Part shown: piece by piece, positions 61,684 to 64,000 of the stretch
Numbering within the stretch: the stretch's first letter is position 1
Layout: each line of letters opens with the position of its first letter
Assembly: GCA_963782705.1 (NCBI GenBank)
Contig: CAWAKX010000014.1
Coordinates: 10,201-74,200 of the forward strand
Direction: 5' to 3'
DNA: 64,000 nucleotides
Source of the DNA: an uncultured Actinomycetes bacterium
GTDB lineage: Bacteria > Actinomycetota > Acidimicrobiia > IMCC26256 > DASPTH01
Translations under genes and position numbers: made by a program
Notes under the pieces: generated by a model
What the model saw: the letters and a program-made list of their open reading frames with translations, nothing else
Database searches by the model: none
What the model was told of the DNA's origin: nothing

Positions 61684-62344
61684 GCCGTCGTCGGTTCGCC
61701 CGGCGCCGGCGCGAGGCCGCGCGCGACCAGGGCCACGTAGAAGTCGGCGAGGTCGGAGTAGCTGCGGCGCCCGCCGGGGCGGAACCATCGGACCGTGCCG
61801 TGGAGCATCTCGAGCAGGCTGTTGGTCACGACACCGGGGTCGAGCGTGACGTCGAAGCATCCTTCGTCGATGCCCTGCTCGACGATCCGTCGCAGGAACC
61901 GGTGGATCTCGGTGCGCATCCCCATGATGTGCTCCCGCCGTTCGCCTCGCAGCAGCCCCACGTCGCGCTCGGCCACCGCCGCGTAGTCGGGGGTGGCGGG
62001 GATCATCGCCATGTACCGCCGCACGAATGCGTCGAGGCGGGTGGCGGCGTCCGCCGAGCGGGTGGCCTCGTCTTCCGCGAGGGTGGCGATCCCCTTCTCG
62101 TGGCTGTCGACGGCCAGCGCGTAGAGGAGGTCCTCCTTGGTCTGGATGTAGTAGTAGAGGCTGCCCTTGAGGATCCCGACCCGCGCCGCGATGTCCTCGA
62201 TGCGCGCGGCCTGGTAGCCCTTCTCGTGGAACACCGCGCCGGCGGCGTCGAGGATCTCGCCCCAGCGCTCCTCGTTGAGGGTGCCCTTCGGGGCCGCGCC
62301 GTCCCGGGCCTGCGCGCCCCCTCGTGTTCACGGGTTGTGGCCAC
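61680..62344 (-). pseudogene. TetR-family transcriptional regulator, one frame change in the N-terminal leader
   Basis: The HTH region is ILDAAGAVFHEKGYQAARIEDIAARVGILKGSLYYYIQTKEDLL. The only in-frame start (GTG 62234) would delete helix 1. The start MATTREHEG (GTG, complement of 62342-62344) is in another frame, with a junction near 62305. Confidence 0.7.
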
Positions 62345-62487
62345 GGATCCTGCGCTTCCTCGTCGTCCTCGTCGGCGGACGGCCCACCATATCGACGTGC
62401 CCGGCGCGCCGCGCCCGGCCCGTGTCCACGGTGGTGACCCGTCCGCGGTCCCGGACTCCTTGACGGGCGGGACCTGGTCTGCTATTC

Positions 62488-62507
62488 AATCAAACGATAG
62501 TTTGATT
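62488..62507. promoter_or_regulatory. Perfect 8-bp inverted repeat (AATCAAAC-GATA-GTTTGATT); candidate repressor operator
   Basis: It lies in the only AT-rich patch of the 211-bp divergent spacer between tetR and the HTH gene. I read it directly from the sequence. Confidence 0.45.
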
Positions 62508-62555
62508 TCTGTGCCACACGGAGCAGCCGTCCAGGCACGGAGGGGGACACCGACC

Positions 62556-63230
62556 ATGACCACAGCCTTCGCCGACCCGGGGGTGCCCACCCTCGCCGAA
62601 CGCCGCGACGCCGCGCGTCACCTGCTCGTCGCCAACCCCGAGCACTCCGACCGGGGGATCGCGGCGCGCTGCGGCCTGTCGCCGAAGACGGTCGCCCGCG
62701 TGCGCGAGGAGCTCGTGGCCCAGGGCCGGGTCGTGCGGACCGACCGGCCCGTCGCGCGCATCGGTCGCGACGGCCGGGTGCGCCCGGTCGACCCGCACGC
62801 GGTCCGCAGTCGCATCGCCGAGGAGCTCGAGCGTCAGCCCTACGCGTCGCTGCGCACGATCGCGCGCGCGGTGGGCGCCTCGCCCGAGACCGTCCGCAGC
62901 GTTCGCAACGCGGTGCGCTCCGGGACCGCGACCTCGTCGTCGATGTACGAGCCCGAGCGACCGCTCGCCGCGGTCATCGACCTCCCGCCCCGCCCGCGTG
63001 AGCAGCCGTTCGCCCTCGGTCGCGACCGCGCCTGCACGGACCGCGACGGTGGTCGCGAGTTCGTCGAATGGTTCGACTGCACCGCGGTGACCGGCGACGA
63101 CGTGGCCGAGCACATGGCGACCGTGCCGCTCAGTCGCGTCTACGAGGTGGCCGACGAGGCGCGTCGTCGCGCCGAGTGCTGGCTGCGCTTCGCGGAATCG
63201 GTCGAGGGCCGCGCCCGCCGTCAGACCTGA
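62556..63230 (+). CDS. DNA-binding protein with two HTH-like repeats, family not recognised
   Basis: The ATG at 62556 follows a GGAGGGGGA ribosome-binding site. The two repeats are RGIAARCGLSPKTVARVREEL and RTIARAVGASPETVRSVRNAV. The reading frame is intact. Confidence 0.6.
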   Translation: MTTAFADPGVPTLAERRDAARHLLVANPEHSDRGIAARCGLSPKTVARVREELVAQGRVVRTDRPVARIGRDGRVRPVDPHAVRSRIAEELERQPYASLRTIARAVGASPETVRSVRNAVRSGTATSSSMYEPERPLAAVIDLPPRPREQPFALGRDRACTDRDGGREFVEWFDCTAVTGDDVAEHMATVPLSRVYEVADEARRRAECWLRFAESVEGRARRQT

Positions 63231-64000
63231 TCGGGCCGCGGCCGGGCCCGCCGCCGCAGCTCGTCCTTGCGCACCTTGCCGGTCGCGTTCACCGGGAGCT
63301 CGGTCACGAGCTCCACGCGCCGCGGCACCTTGAAGTTCGCGAGGTGCTCGCGCTGCGTACGCGACGACCGCGTCCGCGGTGAGCGACGCACCCGACGCCG
63401 CGACCACGAACGCGCAGCCCACTTCGCCGAAGTAGTCGTCGGGGACCCCCACCACCGCGACCTGCGCGACCCCCTCGAGCCCGAGCAGCGCCTGCTCGAC
63501 CTCGGCCGGCGCCACGTTGAAGCCGCCGACGATGTAGAGGTCCTTCTTGCGGTCGGTGATGTGCAGCAGCCCGCGGTCGTCGAACGCGCCGACGTCACCG
63601 GTGCGCAACCACCCGTCGACCACCACGCGCGCCGTCGCCTCGGGGTCCTCGTAGTACCCGCTCATGAGGTACGGGCTGCGGACCAGCAGCTCGCCTTCGT
63701 CGCCGTCGGGCACGTCGCGGAGCTCGTCGTCGACCACCCGGACCTCCACCTCCGCGATGGGGCGGCCCACGGTGGTGGCGACCACGTCGGCCGGCGCGTC
63801 GGCGTCGGTGAGCGACACCAGCGCGTGGTTCTCGGTGAGTCCGTACGCGCTCAGGACGGCGTCGATGCCCAACTCGTCGCGCATGCGGTGCACCAGGACT
63901 TCGGGCACCGACGCCGCGCCCACGATCGCGTGGCGCAGGGTCGACAGGTCGCGCCCCTCGCGACCTGGGTGGTCGAGCAGCGCGCCGAACATGGTCGGTG
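63221..64000 (-). pseudogene. AMP-dependent acyl-CoA ligase, C-terminal part (N-terminus is beyond the window), one frame change
   Basis: The first segment is YGLTENHALVS...GWLRTGDVGAFDDRGLLHITDRKKDLYIVGGFNVAPAEVE. After a junction near 63360 comes REHLANFKVPRRVELVTELPVNATGKVRKDEL. Confidence 0.75.

Noticed and set aside
58558-62331. A 1257-aa ORF that looks like a giant multidomain protein.
   Set aside because: It is a chimera. Its first roughly 210 residues are an Arg/Pro/Gly-rich out-of-frame read across tetR. The middle is the acyl-CoA ligase, whose true C-terminus (LAGYKVPRR...) and stop at 60042 are in another frame. The tail is a separate PrpD-family gene with its own ribosome-binding site and GTG at 59973.
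1-64000. Programmed ribosomal frameshifting or transcriptional slippage as the explanation for the frame changes.
   Set aside because: At the roughly dozen junctions I inspected at nucleotide level (for example 4115, 6170, 7165, 8862, 8988, 21565, 31400, 45040 and 60170) I saw no shared slippery heptamer, homopolymer or downstream structure. Both +1 and -1 changes occur, often several per gene. This rejection is not exhaustive.

Overview
This is a very GC-rich (about 70% by eye) actinobacterial-type chromosomal segment, gene-dense on both strands. I saw no rRNA, tRNA, CRISPR array, transposase or integrase. I recognise about 58 genes, almost all from catabolic enzyme families typical of lipid, steroid, terpenoid or aromatic side-chain degradation islands. 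They include 12 short-chain dehydrogenases (SDRs), 5 acyl-CoA dehydrogenases, 5 AMP-dependent acyl-CoA ligases, 6 PF04909-type amidohydrolases and family III CoA-transferases (one a fused didomain). There are also an enoyl-CoA hydratase, a double hot-dog hydratase, a cytochrome P450, a partial Rieske ferredoxin, a KstD-like flavoprotein and two orphan XDH/CoxL-type molybdoenzyme large subunits. Other genes are a porGDAB-like 2-oxoacid:ferredoxin oxidoreductase, a LivJ-type binding protein and a mazEF-like toxin-antitoxin pair. A TetR-headed operon on the minus strand carries a ligase, two MmgE/PrpD proteins, a LeuCD-like dehydratase and two amidohydrolases. The dominant observation is that about 36 of the 58 genes can only be read by switching reading frame, once or up to about 20 times. 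The lesions appear to be indels only, and their density is very uneven: none in 10.9-14.5 kb or 52.1-60.0 kb, but about one per 100 nt in 23.6-26.0 kb. From sequence alone I cannot tell whether these are consensus indel errors or real pseudogenes. All junction positions and frameshift counts are manual approximations. The most promising functional novelty is the fully intact TetR/ligase/PrpD/LeuCD/PrpD/amidohydrolase operon at 52.2-62.3 kb.
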